A stretch of 64,000 nt of DNA from a bacterium (lineage in GTDB: Bacteria; Patescibacteriota; Minisyncoccia; Phycocordibacterales; UBA2100), in the NCBI GenBank assembly GCA_030648265.1, contig JAUSHX010000013.1:3030-67029 (forward strand). Direction: 5' to 3'. Made by a program: the position numbers and the translations under genes. Shown in pieces: positions 48,354-56,883 of this stretch. Each line of letters begins with the position of its first letter. Positions within the stretch are counted from its first letter, which is position 1. The notes under the pieces were generated by a model. That model made no database searches. It was not told the DNA's origin and worked only from the letters and a program-made list of their open reading frames with translations.

Positions 48354-48733
48354 ATCAGATTTTGTTACGAGCGAAGCGAGTTAGAAAATCTTATACCCAG
48401 CACCTTGTTTGTTTACGACAGACTGTTTTTAAGGCGATTCTTTACATAAGTGCGAGCGTTGCCATATTGCTTGAGTTGCAATTCGCGCCTTACCGCGTCT
48501 TGCTTCGCTTTATAGCTCTCGACATAGACATACTCCCATGGTCGACCGCGACTCGTTGCCGTGACTTGTCCGCTGTTGTGCGAAGCAAGACGCTCATCAA
48601 GATTCTCGGTTCTGCCAAAGTAAAGAACGCCTTTTTCAACACTGCGGATTACGTACACATGGTACATAAACAAACAAGGTGCTGGGTTACGAAAATCATA
48701 GTCGCCTCGCTTCGCTACGGCTTCTTGATTTTC
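48351..48733 (-). mobile_element. Family A element #9 carrying a GIY-YIG nuclease gene inside the central stem
   Basis: 21-bp perfect IRs at 48395-48415 and 48667-48687 enclose exactly the ORF. Confidence 0.75.
48413..48667 (-). CDS. Small GIY-YIG nuclease family protein
   Basis: YHVYVIRS....LYFGRTENLDERLASHNSG....T...RPW..VY.E......A..RE.QLK. Confidence 0.9.
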   Translation of the reverse strand: MYHVYVIRSVEKGVLYFGRTENLDERLASHNSGQVTATSRGRPWEYVYVESYKAKQDAVRRELQLKQYGNARTYVKNRLKNSLS

Positions 48734-48929
48734 AGTAATACCCCGAAGGAGAAGCTAGAAACTCCTGCATCCTGCCTTGCGGCTGAAGATTACGGAAGCT
48801 TCTTCGCGTGACCCTGTTCTTCGTCCAACTTGTGGTTGAAAAACAAAGCCCCCAACGAGGCTCCGAAAATATACGCGAGATGCGGATGAAAGTCAAACTT
48901 CAAAAAGTCTGTTCTGAAACTAATTCGGA

Positions 48930-49529
48930 TCAAAACTTGTCTATATCGTCATTTGCTTCCCGACGCTCTTTTCTTCTTTTGAATATTTCTTCTTGAGAAA
49001 GTTTTCTACCGGGTACAAACCCCTCTCGCTTTTCCTGCTTTTGGCCTGTTTTAACTAGCATTTTCTTCCATGCGGCATCCAACGCGGGCCCAAGTTCATC
49101 AATAGGGAACCTGCGGAGAATCATCTCCCTTTCGATAGACCACGTATGCTCACCGTGCGTGGCGTAGTCAGACCCCCGTTCTCTGCGCACAGCGCTCTTT
49201 TGTTGATGAGAATCTTTTCCGAATGTGATTTTGCTGTTTATAGTACCTATGGTTTCCTCCTTTTCATTGGGATTGCGGAGGTAGTTAGTCATTCTTGATG
49301 AATAATCTACTATTTTTATCATTTCGTCATCAGAAATAGGGATTTTAAGTTCCTCTATTTCTTTTCTGAGGAAATCTTCAAAAATTGCATTGTCTACCAT
49401 TTCCTCTCCCGCGGTCTGTCCCGATTCTTTTGCTTTATCCGCCATGAGTCCTTCAAACTTCTCCGTACTCGCCTCGTGTTCTTTCTCTCGCTCGGTAGAA
49501 GCGTTTCTTTTGCCCATTTCTAGTGCCAT
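48930..49529 (-). CDS. Hypothetical protein
   Basis: 199-aa charged ORF with no recognised motif. Confidence 0.6.
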   Translation of the reverse strand: MALEMGKRNASTEREKEHEASTEKFEGLMADKAKESGQTAGEEMVDNAIFEDFLRKEIEELKIPISDDEMIKIVDYSSRMTNYLRNPNEKEETIGTINSKITFGKDSHQQKSAVRRERGSDYATHGEHTWSIEREMILRRFPIDELGPALDAAWKKMLVKTGQKQEKREGFVPGRKLSQEEIFKRRKERREANDDIDKF

Positions 49530-49663
49530 AATTTTATGCCTTATTTCCTAATTTCTTAATGCTACCCCCACCCTCCAGATACGCAAGCGGCAAAAGTGGA
49601 CATCAAAAGTCTCTCCGCCTGCTTTTTTTCTCTTCCCTTTCACCTTTCTGGGGATAACCCATG

Positions 49664-49700
49664 TCCCTATCCAGTGGCTATAGCTATAATATAAGGACAT
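49664..49700. repeat. 37-bp imperfect palindrome upstream of PaaX/Cas2-like gene 2
   Basis: tccctatccagtggctatagctataatataaggacat; identical to 50316-50352; contains TATAAT and the AT of the start codon. Confidence 0.92.
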
Positions 49701-50286
49701 GGGAAGAATGGAGCTCGCGGCAAAAAAGCGCCGGAGGAAAGAGAACGTCCAACAGATAGTGCTGGGAGTAGTCGCGGTTGCGGGCATACTTGCAGTAACA
49801 ATGATTGCGCCCAATATTTTCCAAGCTATTCCGCGCCTGTTGGGCGATAAATATAAGTTTGGTTATCGAGCGCGTACCGCCGCCGGCCGCCTTGCGCAAA
49901 AGGGATACGTACGCTTCGTGGAACGAAACGGCAAGAAGTTTGTGGAGATAACAGAGAAAGGAAAACGCGCATACGCATTGGAAAAGGCAAGATTCACGGC
50001 ATACACAAACATCAACAAGCGCTGGGACAAACGCTGGCGAATTGTTGCTTTTGACATCCCAGAGACTCGGCGAGGAACACGCGAACGTGTGCGCAGACTG
50101 ATGCGCGAATTCGGGTTCCTTAAACTACAAGACAGCGTTTGGGTATTTCCCTACGACTGCGAGGAACTTATTACAATGATGAAGGCAGAACTGCGGATTG
50201 GTAAGGATATCCTGTACATAATCGCGGACACTATCGAGAACGACCAATGGGTGAGAAGACAGTTTAACCTTCTCAAAGAATCATAG
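49699..50286 (+). CDS. PaaX-like regulator (wHTH plus Cas2-like domain), copy 2
   Basis: RLAQKGYV...EITEKG; WDKRWRIVAFDIPE...R..MREFGFLKLQDSVWVFPYDC. Confidence 0.85.
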   Translation: MGRMELAAKKRRRKENVQQIVLGVVAVAGILAVTMIAPNIFQAIPRLLGDKYKFGYRARTAAGRLAQKGYVRFVERNGKKFVEITEKGKRAYALEKARFTAYTNINKRWDKRWRIVAFDIPETRRGTRERVRRLMREFGFLKLQDSVWVFPYDCEELITMMKAELRIGKDILYIIADTIENDQWVRRQFNLLKES

Positions 50287-50315
50287 TGTCGTCCTATTTC
50301 TCTCGGTTTTCCATA

Positions 50316-50352
50316 TCCCTATCCAGTGGCTATAGCTATAATATAAGGACAT
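50316..50352. repeat. 37-bp repeat downstream of PaaX/Cas2-like gene 2
   Basis: Identical to 49664-49700. Confidence 0.92.
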
Positions 50353-50413
50353 TGGGCCATGCAAGATACACCTCCAAAGAGTGCGCGGGCGACGACAGTA
50401 TCTTTCTGTTTTT

Positions 50414-50959
50414 CTATTTCTTTGCTTCTGCTTCCTTCAGCGGCAATCCCAAGTACCTTAAGAATGCCTCCGCCTCTTTCTTATTTTTTGCCGTTGTGAC
50501 AACCGTCACCGCGAGTCCGAAGATATCCTTGCTGTCTTCATCGGATGTCTCGGGGAATACGATGTTCTCCTTGATGCCTATCGTGATGTTGCCCATTTCA
50601 TCTATGGTTTCAGGCCGAATGCCGCGGAAGTCTTTTGAGCGCGGGAGAACAATATGAATGAGTTTGTCCAAGAAGGTCTGCGCCCGCTTGTTGCGCAACG
50701 TGACTTGAAAGCCGACTTGGTCGCCCGCGCGGATTTTAAAGGTTGCAATGGATTTTTTGGCCATGCGCGCCGCCGGTGCCTGCCCCGTTATTCTCGTCAG
50801 GCGGTCTTTGATAACCTCGCGCTTTTTAGGGTCATGCTTTGCGCCGACTCCGGTTGAGACGACAATTTTAGAAACCTTCGGCGCCTGCATAACGCTCTTG
50901 TAGTGAAATTCCGTTTTGAGAGCTTCAAATGTTTTGTGCTGTGCTGTTTGTGTTTTCAT
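50414..50959 (-). CDS. rplE: 50S ribosomal protein L5
   Basis: ITGQ, AKKSIATFKIR, LPRSKDFRG and FPE motifs. Confidence 0.97.
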   Translation of the reverse strand: MKTQTAQHKTFEALKTEFHYKSVMQAPKVSKIVVSTGVGAKHDPKKREVIKDRLTRITGQAPAARMAKKSIATFKIRAGDQVGFQVTLRNKRAQTFLDKLIHIVLPRSKDFRGIRPETIDEMGNITIGIKENIVFPETSDEDSKDIFGLAVTVVTTAKNKKEAEAFLRYLGLPLKEAEAKK

Positions 50960-51093
50960 GTGTTAGAGATTCTTAGTGAGTGCTAACGAGCTTAGAAGCT
51001 CTTACACCCTGTTAAATGCGACTTCGTCGCCCCGCCTTTGGCGGGATTTAACAGGGTCAAGAAATTATAATTCGCTTTGCTCATAAAAATTTA
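50957..51093 (-). repeat. Family A element #10 (alternative stem accctgttaaat)
   Basis: Payload nearly identical to that of #4. Confidence 0.85.
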
Positions 51094-51399
51094 CTTGACT
51101 TCCTGCCCGCTTACAACCGCAACGCGGACGCGGACGCCCTCTTTTCGTTCAATGCGGATGCGGGTCGGCTTGCCTCCCTTCGGGTCCGCAAGCATCACGT
51201 TAGAAGCATGAATGGACATCGGCTTCTCTATAATTTGCCCTGTGCGGTTCTGCGCCGACGCCTTGCGGTGTTTTTTGACCATGTTCACGCCATCAATAGT
51301 GACGCGGTTCTTTTTAGGCAACACATGCGCAATCGTGCCCGAAGCGCCGCGATTCTTGCCCGCTATAACTATTATTTTATCTCCTTTCTTTAGTTTCAT
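51091..51399 (-). CDS. rplX: 50S ribosomal protein L24
   Basis: KKGD.I.VIAGK and IHASNV motifs. Confidence 0.97.
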   Translation of the reverse strand: MKLKKGDKIIVIAGKNRGASGTIAHVLPKKNRVTIDGVNMVKKHRKASAQNRTGQIIEKPMSIHASNVMLADPKGGKPTRIRIERKEGVRVRVAVVSGQEVK

Positions 51400-51578
51400 G
51401 TTAGAGATTATTAGCGAGTATTCCGAGCTTAGAAGCTCTTACACCCAGCACCTTTTACGCCAATGCTGTTGGTTGCAGGATAATACTGTCTAAGCGCGAT
51501 TTGGGCAAGAAAATTCATAGAGATTTAAAGGTGCTGGGTTTAGAAAAATATAGTCGCGTTGCTCCTTATTTTTCTAAA
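51397..51578 (-). repeat. Family A element #11 (micro-ORF 51429-51518)
   Basis: 103-bp core identical to that of #12. Confidence 0.92.
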
Positions 51579-51945
51579 CGACCTCAGGCGCCAATGTTAC
51601 GATTTTCTGATAGCCCCGCTCAATCACCTCGCGCGGGATGGGGCCAAAAACGCGATTTGCTTTCGGTTCCTTCTTTTCCTTCTCTACCAACACAACCGCA
51701 TTCTCGTCAAAACGAATGTATGAGCCGTCTTTTCGGCGGAAGGCCTTCTTTTGCCGGACGACCACGGCGCGGTAAATCTCTTTCTTCTTCACCGATTTGC
51801 GCGGCTGGGCGGTCTGAATTGAAATAACGACTTCGTCGCCAAGTTCTGCATAACGGCGCTTTGAACCGCCGAGAACTTTGAAAACACGTCCGATGATTCC
51901 TCCGGAGTTGTCAGCAATTTTTACGAGTGAACGCGGTTGGATCAT
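51574..51945 (-). CDS. rplN: 50S ribosomal protein L14
   Basis: ADNSG, RFDENAVV, RVFGP and LAPEV motifs. Confidence 0.98.
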   Translation of the reverse strand: MIQPRSLVKIADNSGGIIGRVFKVLGGSKRRYAELGDEVVISIQTAQPRKSVKKKEIYRAVVVRQKKAFRRKDGSYIRFDENAVVLVEKEKKEPKANRVFGPIPREVIERGYQKIVTLAPEVV

Positions 51946-52103
51946 GTTAGTTTTTGTTACGAGCGAAGCGAGTTAGAAAATCTTACACCCAGCACCTTTT
52001 ACGCCAATGCTGTTGGTTGCAGGATAATACTGTCTAAGCGCGATTTGGGCAAGAAAATTCATAGAGATTTAAAGGTGCTGGGTAATGTAAAACATAGTCG
52101 CTA
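51943..52103 (-). repeat. Family A element #12 (micro-ORF 51973-52062)
   Basis: 103-bp core identical to that of #11. Confidence 0.92.
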
Positions 52104-52370
52104 CGCTTCTTGTTTTACTATTATGAACCGTTTGAGCTTGGAAATAGGTCGTGTTTCGCGGATTGTCACCTTCTCACCGACCGCCGCCGTGTTCCCCGGA
52201 TTGTGTACAAGGAATTTCTTACTGCGCTTCATGTACTTCTTGTATTTTGGATGCTTCACGTAACGTTCAACCTGAACGGTGATCGTGTCTTTCATTGCAG
52301 ACTTGACGACCACTCCCTCAAGGAATTTTCCTTCCTGCTCTATACTTGTTGAATTATTTTGTTTTTCCAT
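52101..52370 (-). CDS. rpsQ: 30S ribosomal protein S17
   Basis: HPKYKK and ETRPISKLKRF motifs. Confidence 0.97.
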   Translation of the reverse strand: MEKQNNSTSIEQEGKFLEGVVVKSAMKDTITVQVERYVKHPKYKKYMKRSKKFLVHNPGNTAAVGEKVTIRETRPISKLKRFIIVKQEA

Positions 52371-52378
52371 ATGTATGT

Positions 52379-52495
52379 TCCAATCTACGAATATATTTCA
52401 ATCTACGAATATATTCCAATCTACAAATAACTACAAATGAGCGGCGTCGTATATTCGTAGCCATTCGTAGCATTCGCATCATTTGTAGATTGGGA
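52379..52495. repeat. Family B element, copy 3
   Basis: (caatctacgaatatatt)n ... atttgtagattggga. Confidence 0.85.
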
Positions 52496-52503
52496 TTTCA
52501 TAT

Positions 52504-52698
52504 TTATTTATTTTGTTCGTTCTTCCTTGATTGCACCTCGGTCAATATTTGCGCTATCTCTCTGCGCACATTCCTGCCTTCCCTGACATCCCGTACTCGG
52601 CTTCCTGCTCCACCGAAGCGGAACACCCGCAACGCTTCGCGCTTTTCCGCAACAGTACGCAGTAATTCCTCTGTGCTTTGTGATTTTATGTCATTCAT
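52504..52698 (-). CDS. rpmC: 50S ribosomal protein L29
   Basis: EEL......REALRVFRF...RREIAQILT; synteny. Start placed at MNDIK. Confidence 0.92.
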   Translation of the reverse strand: MNDIKSQSTEELLRTVAEKREALRVFRFGGAGSRVRDVREGRNVRREIAQILTEVQSRKNEQNK

Positions 52699-52702
52699 AA
52701 TG

Positions 52703-52802
52703 TTCCAATCTACGAATATATTCCAATCTACAAATACCTGCAAATGAGCGACACCGTATATTCGTAGCCATTCGTAGTATTCGTATCATTTGCAGATTGG
52801 GA
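52703..52802. repeat. Family B element, copy 4
   Basis: Close match to copy 3. Confidence 0.85.
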
Positions 52803-52813
52803 CTTCATAGGGT

Positions 52814-53236
52814 TTACTGCCTGTCAATAATACGAACCTTGAACGGCAGTTTCTTGCCTGCTTTTCGCAGAGCCTCGCGAGCCATTGCTTCGGGAGCGCC
52901 GTCCACTTCAAAAATAACGCGTCCCGGTCGCACATCAAAAACGTAGCCCGCCACGTCGCCTTTTCCGCTACCCATGCCGACTTCCGCCGCCTTTTGCGTG
53001 CGGGGACGGTCGGGGAAAACGCGAATCCAGACTTTTGCGCTTTTTCCCGCGGCTCGCGTGAGCGCCCGGCGCGCCGCTTCTATCTGATTAGAAGTAAGAC
53101 GGGCCTGTCCCATGGCCTTGAGACCGTAGGAGCCGAAGGCGAGCGTGAGCCCGCGCGTCTCCGGCCTCACCAGACGGTCGCCCCGTCTGCGGCCTGTTTG
53201 CCATTTGCGATGCGCTGTTTTTTTAGGAGCCAACAT
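52814..53236 (-). CDS. rplP: 50S ribosomal protein L16
   Basis: QIEAARR, WIRVFPD and MGSGKG motifs. Confidence 0.98.
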   Translation of the reverse strand: MLAPKKTAHRKWQTGRRRGDRLVRPETRGLTLAFGSYGLKAMGQARLTSNQIEAARRALTRAAGKSAKVWIRVFPDRPRTQKAAEVGMGSGKGDVAGYVFDVRPGRVIFEVDGAPEAMAREALRKAGKKLPFKVRIIDRQ

Positions 53237-53476
53237 GGTAGATTTTTACTGAGCGAAGCGATGATAATCGGTATTAATACTCATATTGGCTCCTCGGCTC
53301 GGAAAAGAAAGTGAGTACACTTCCTTTTCACTCGCCCTACGTCGCCAATAAAAATCACCACCCAGCACCTTTACACCCAAAGTGCTTTCCGATGTGCAAA
53401 GGATTTTTGTAACTCTATTTTGGATATTGTAGTTCATAGTGCTGTAAAAGGTGCTGGGTCTCGATAAAAATAGTCA
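53234..53476 (-). repeat. Family A element #13 (diverged MNY... payload; nested hairpin at 53285-53349)
   Basis: acccagcaccttt...aaaggtgctgggt. Confidence 0.85.
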
Positions 53477-54148
53477 CTTCGTTCCTTTTTTATCGGAAAA
53501 TATTTCCCCCCTGTATATCCAGACTTTTACGCCCAAGACACCGTACGGCAGGTACGCAACTTCGCGCGCAAAATCAATGTCGGCGCGCAGAGTCTGCAGA
53601 GGCACGCGCCCTCGCTTGATTTCCTCCGTTCGCGACATTTCGGCGCCTCCCAAGCGGCCGGCAATGGCAATGCGAACCCCCTGCACGTCCCTGTTTGCCA
53701 TTACTTTCTCAACCGTTTGCTTCAAGACTCTCCGGAACGGCATGCGCTTCTCCAATCCTTCGGCCACCATGTAGGCGACAACCGGAGATTGCGACTCCGG
53801 CGAGCGGACTTCTTCAATATCCAGTTTCACCGTCCGCGGCTCCACGCCCTTTATCTTACGGATGAGTACCTCTATCTCTTTGGTGAGCTTAACGCTCCCC
53901 TCGCCGCCGCGGCCGATGACAAGTCCCGGACGGGATGTCTTCAGAAGGACGCGGACAATCTTCTCTCTCCGCTCTATTTCTACAGATGTAATATAGTTCC
54001 CGCGCAAACGTTTCTTGATAAAACGGCGGATTGAGGAGTCAATCATAACGTTCTCGCGGTATTGCGCCGGAGTCTTTGAGAACCAACGGGATTTCCAGTC
54101 ACGGATTATTCCCAGGCGGTGTGCGAACGGATGTACGGTGTGGGTCAT
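53474..54148 (-). CDS. rpsC: 30S ribosomal protein S3
   Basis: RPGLVIG, GRLGGAEMSR and PLQTLRADID motifs. Confidence 0.98.
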   Translation of the reverse strand: MTHTVHPFAHRLGIIRDWKSRWFSKTPAQYRENVMIDSSIRRFIKKRLRGNYITSVEIERREKIVRVLLKTSRPGLVIGRGGEGSVKLTKEIEVLIRKIKGVEPRTVKLDIEEVRSPESQSPVVAYMVAEGLEKRMPFRRVLKQTVEKVMANRDVQGVRIAIAGRLGGAEMSRTEEIKRGRVPLQTLRADIDFAREVAYLPYGVLGVKVWIYRGEIFSDKKGTK

Positions 54149-54312
54149 GTTAGATTTTGTTATGAGCGAAGCGAGTTAGAAAATCTTACACCCAGCACCT
54201 TTTGCGATAATAATGCTTTGGGTCGCAGGATGATACTGTTTAGCGGCAATTTGAGCAATGAAGTTCACAGTGCTTAAAAGGTGCTGGGTCAAAATTGTGA
54301 TATTGGTATTCA
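54146..54312 (-). repeat. Family A element #14 (micro-ORF 54176-54268)
   Basis: Scaffold match. Confidence 0.9.
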
Positions 54313-54675
54313 TGATTTTTTTGCCACAATTTTGGCTTTTGCAGGCTTTACCTTTGATTGTCCAAGCTCAATTTTGATAATGCTGTATGTTTTGCGCAAA
54401 GTACCGGAGCGGCCGCGGCCGAACGGGCGCGCTCGGCGCGCAACTGCCCCTTTGTCAACACTCACGTGCCTCACGAAGAGCCCCTCGGGAGAAATTCCGG
54501 AATTCCGCGAGTTCGCAACGGCCGACTCCAAAAGCTTGCTGAACGCCTCAGAAGATTTCTGCATCAAAAATGAGAGCGCCACGCGCGCCTGCGGAACCGT
54601 CTTCCCGCGTATCAAATCCGCGACAAGGCGAACCTTCCTCGGCGACTGATGATAGTTTGTGAGCAGTGCTTTCAT
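54310..54675 (-). CDS. rplV: 50S ribosomal protein L22
   Basis: SPRKVRLVADLIRGK and LLESAVAN motifs. Confidence 0.97.
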   Translation of the reverse strand: MKALLTNYHQSPRKVRLVADLIRGKTVPQARVALSFLMQKSSEAFSKLLESAVANSRNSGISPEGLFVRHVSVDKGAVARRARPFGRGRSGTLRKTYSIIKIELGQSKVKPAKAKIVAKKS

Positions 54676-54864
54676 ATCTTAGATTTAGTTAGTGAGCGAA
54701 GCGAGCTTAGTAAATCTTAGATCCAGCACTAATTTTGAGCTCCAGCATGTTTTGCTAATACGTTCTGGTCGTGGTTGGTTTCGATAGTTTTGCATATATT
54801 TATGAAGTTTCAAAATTGGTGCTGGATAAGTAAAATATAGTCGCTTCGCTCGTTATTTTACTTA
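54673..54864 (-). repeat. Family A element #15 (micro-ORF MQNYR..., 54685-54795)
   Basis: Compensated stem atccagcac...gtgctggat. Confidence 0.9.
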
Positions 54865-55209
54865 TTTCTTCGCTTTCGCGGTGTCCGCTGTAGTTTTCGC
54901 AGCTTGGGCAGTGGCAATCTCGGCGGCTTTGGCCGCAGTTTCAATTTCCTTCTGCATCTTGCCTCCGTGTCTGATGAATTTCGTGGTTGGAGCGAATTCT
55001 CCCAAACGGTGTCCTACCATATCTTCTGTCACAAATACGTCATCAAAACTCTTGCCCGTGTGGACCGCAAACGTGTAGCCGACAAATTCAGGCGCGATCT
55101 GCGACCGGCGCGCCCACGTCTTAATAGACCCCTGGCCGCTTTTTCGGCTGGAGACTTTTTTCGCGAGTTTGACGTCAACGAATGGACCTTTTTTTAGTGA
55201 ACGTGTCAT
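54862..55209 (-). CDS. rpsS: 30S ribosomal protein S19
   Basis: [10 protein letters not shown] and [12 protein letters not shown] motifs. Confidence 0.98.
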   Translation of the reverse strand: MTRSLKKGPFVDVKLAKKVSSRKSGQGSIKTWARRSQIAPEFVGYTFAVHTGKSFDDVFVTEDMVGHRLGEFAPTTKFIRHGGKMQKEIETAAKAAEIATAQAAKTTADTAKAKK

Positions 55210-55416
55210 GTTAGAGGTTTGTTATGAGCGAAGCGAATTAGAAACTCTTACACCCAGCACCATTTTGATATCCGTATCATCATTTGCCATTTTGAGATTC
55301 TGCTGAGACCGTCTCAACAAAGCACTGCATTTGAGAGTAAGTCGCAGGATACCAAAATGGTGCTGGGTTGTGAAAATCATTGTCGCCTCGCTTCGCTACG
55401 GCTCCTTGATTTTCTA
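55207..55416 (-). repeat. Family A element #16
   Basis: Stem acccagcaccattttg...caaaatggtgctgggt; loop related to that of #18. Confidence 0.9.
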
Positions 55417-55492
55417 CAAAATCCCGCGGCGGCGGGATTGGCACAATGTATAGGAAATTAGGCACTTAGTCAAATTTAGCCTGATATTTCCT

Positions 55493-56341
55493 CTACTTGC
55501 GTTTGCCAACTCTGCGTCTGGTAACCAAAAATACGTTGGAATACTTCTTCGGACGACGGGATTTCTGACCCTTTCCGGTCGGTTTGCCCCACATTGAACG
55601 CGCTCTGCGGTGTCCGCGGCCCTGGCGCCCCTCGCCTCCGCCGTGCGGGTGGTCCACCGGGTTCATCGCAGTACCCCGGACAGTCGGTCTCACTCCCATC
55701 CAGCGTGTACGGCCCGCTTTTCCGATATTCACAAGACGGTGTTCCTCGTTGGAGACTTCTCCGACAGAAGCCCATGCCGTGCCGATGACGCGACGGACTT
55801 CCGTTGACGGCATTTTCAAATGCGTATAGCCGGCGTCCTGAGCGACGATTTCGCAATAATTTCCGGCGGAGCGTGCGAGGCGCGCGCCGTTCCCCGGTTT
55901 CAGCTCTATGTTGTACACGAACGTTCCCACCGGCAAATTGCCGAGCGGCAAACGGTTCCCCAGAGTTACCGGCGCAGTCTCGGAAACAACGAACGTATCG
56001 CCCACCTTCACTTTTTGCGGAAGCACGACGTAGCGCTTCTCGCCGTCTGCATACACGGCAAGGCCGATGAATCCGGAACGGAACGGGTCGTATTCTATTG
56101 ACGCGATTCTTGCCGAAATATTCTTTTTGTCATAGATGAAATCTACCATGCGATAGTTGCGCTTGTGGCCGCCTCCCTTGTGGCGTGTAGTTATGCGACC
56201 CTGATTATTGCGCCCCACTCCGCGCTTGTATCCGCCGACAAGCGATTTCGTCGGCTTGTGGCCGGAAAGAAGTTCCCGATAGTTGAGGCGTGTCATTCCG
56301 CGCGCCCCCGGCGACGTTGGTTTGTATATTTTTAGTGTCAT
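55493..56341 (-). CDS. rplB: 50S ribosomal protein L2
   Basis: GRNNQGRIT, EYDP.RS, ARSAG and MNPVDHPHGGGEG motifs. Confidence 0.99.
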   Translation of the reverse strand: MTLKIYKPTSPGARGMTRLNYRELLSGHKPTKSLVGGYKRGVGRNNQGRITTRHKGGGHKRNYRMVDFIYDKKNISARIASIEYDPFRSGFIGLAVYADGEKRYVVLPQKVKVGDTFVVSETAPVTLGNRLPLGNLPVGTFVYNIELKPGNGARLARSAGNYCEIVAQDAGYTHLKMPSTEVRRVIGTAWASVGEVSNEEHRLVNIGKAGRTRWMGVRPTVRGTAMNPVDHPHGGGEGRQGRGHRRARSMWGKPTGKGQKSRRPKKYSNVFLVTRRRVGKRK

Positions 56342-56463
56342 GTTAGTTTTTCTTAACGAGTAATCGAGTTTAGAAACAACTTACACCCAGCACCTTTGTT
56401 TCATTGAGAAACGAAGGTGCTGGGTCATGAAACTGTAATTCGCTTTGCTCATAATAATTTCTA
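56339..56463 (-). repeat. Family A element #17 (17-nt loop)
   Basis: Central hairpin identical to #2 and #8. Confidence 0.9.
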
Positions 56464-56835
56464 TGAAAGGTTAATCGTTTCCCCTTTCTTGAGGTACACG
56501 TAGGCTTTCTTTCCACCGCCCTTCACGCCGAGCTTTCCCGTTCGGGCACTGCGCTTTCGCTTGCTCGGTACCGTAACGATGTGCACTTTGCGCGGAGTGA
56601 CCGTGTAAATTGCCCGCACCGCTTGTGCGATTTGCTGTTTGTTCGCATCCAAGGCAACGTCAAAAACATAGACGCCCTGCGCGCTGTGCCATGTAGACTT
56701 CTCCGTAATGCGGGGTTTTACGATAACGTGAGAAAGTCCGAGACTTTCACGCGCTTCGCTAACTGGTGCGGACTTAGGATTAGCGACCGCTACCGGCTTT
56801 TTCTCCGTCTTCTTTGTTTTGCTGAATAGAGCCAT
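56461..56835 (-). CDS. rplW: 50S ribosomal protein L23
   Basis: PRITEKS, YVF.V...ANK and KKAYV.L motifs. Confidence 0.96.
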   Translation of the reverse strand: MALFSKTKKTEKKPVAVANPKSAPVSEARESLGLSHVIVKPRITEKSTWHSAQGVYVFDVALDANKQQIAQAVRAIYTVTPRKVHIVTVPSKRKRSARTGKLGVKGGGKKAYVYLKKGETINLS

Positions 56836-56883
56836 ATAAATCAGGGTTTAGGTTTTAGGGTATAGGTTATAGATAAATTCAAA

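Noticed and set aside
48790-48910. Possible gene remnant (DFLKFDFHPHLAYIFGASLGALFFNHKLDEEQGHAKKLP*) on the minus strand
   Set aside because: No start codon and no recognisable parent gene; cannot be supported without a search.
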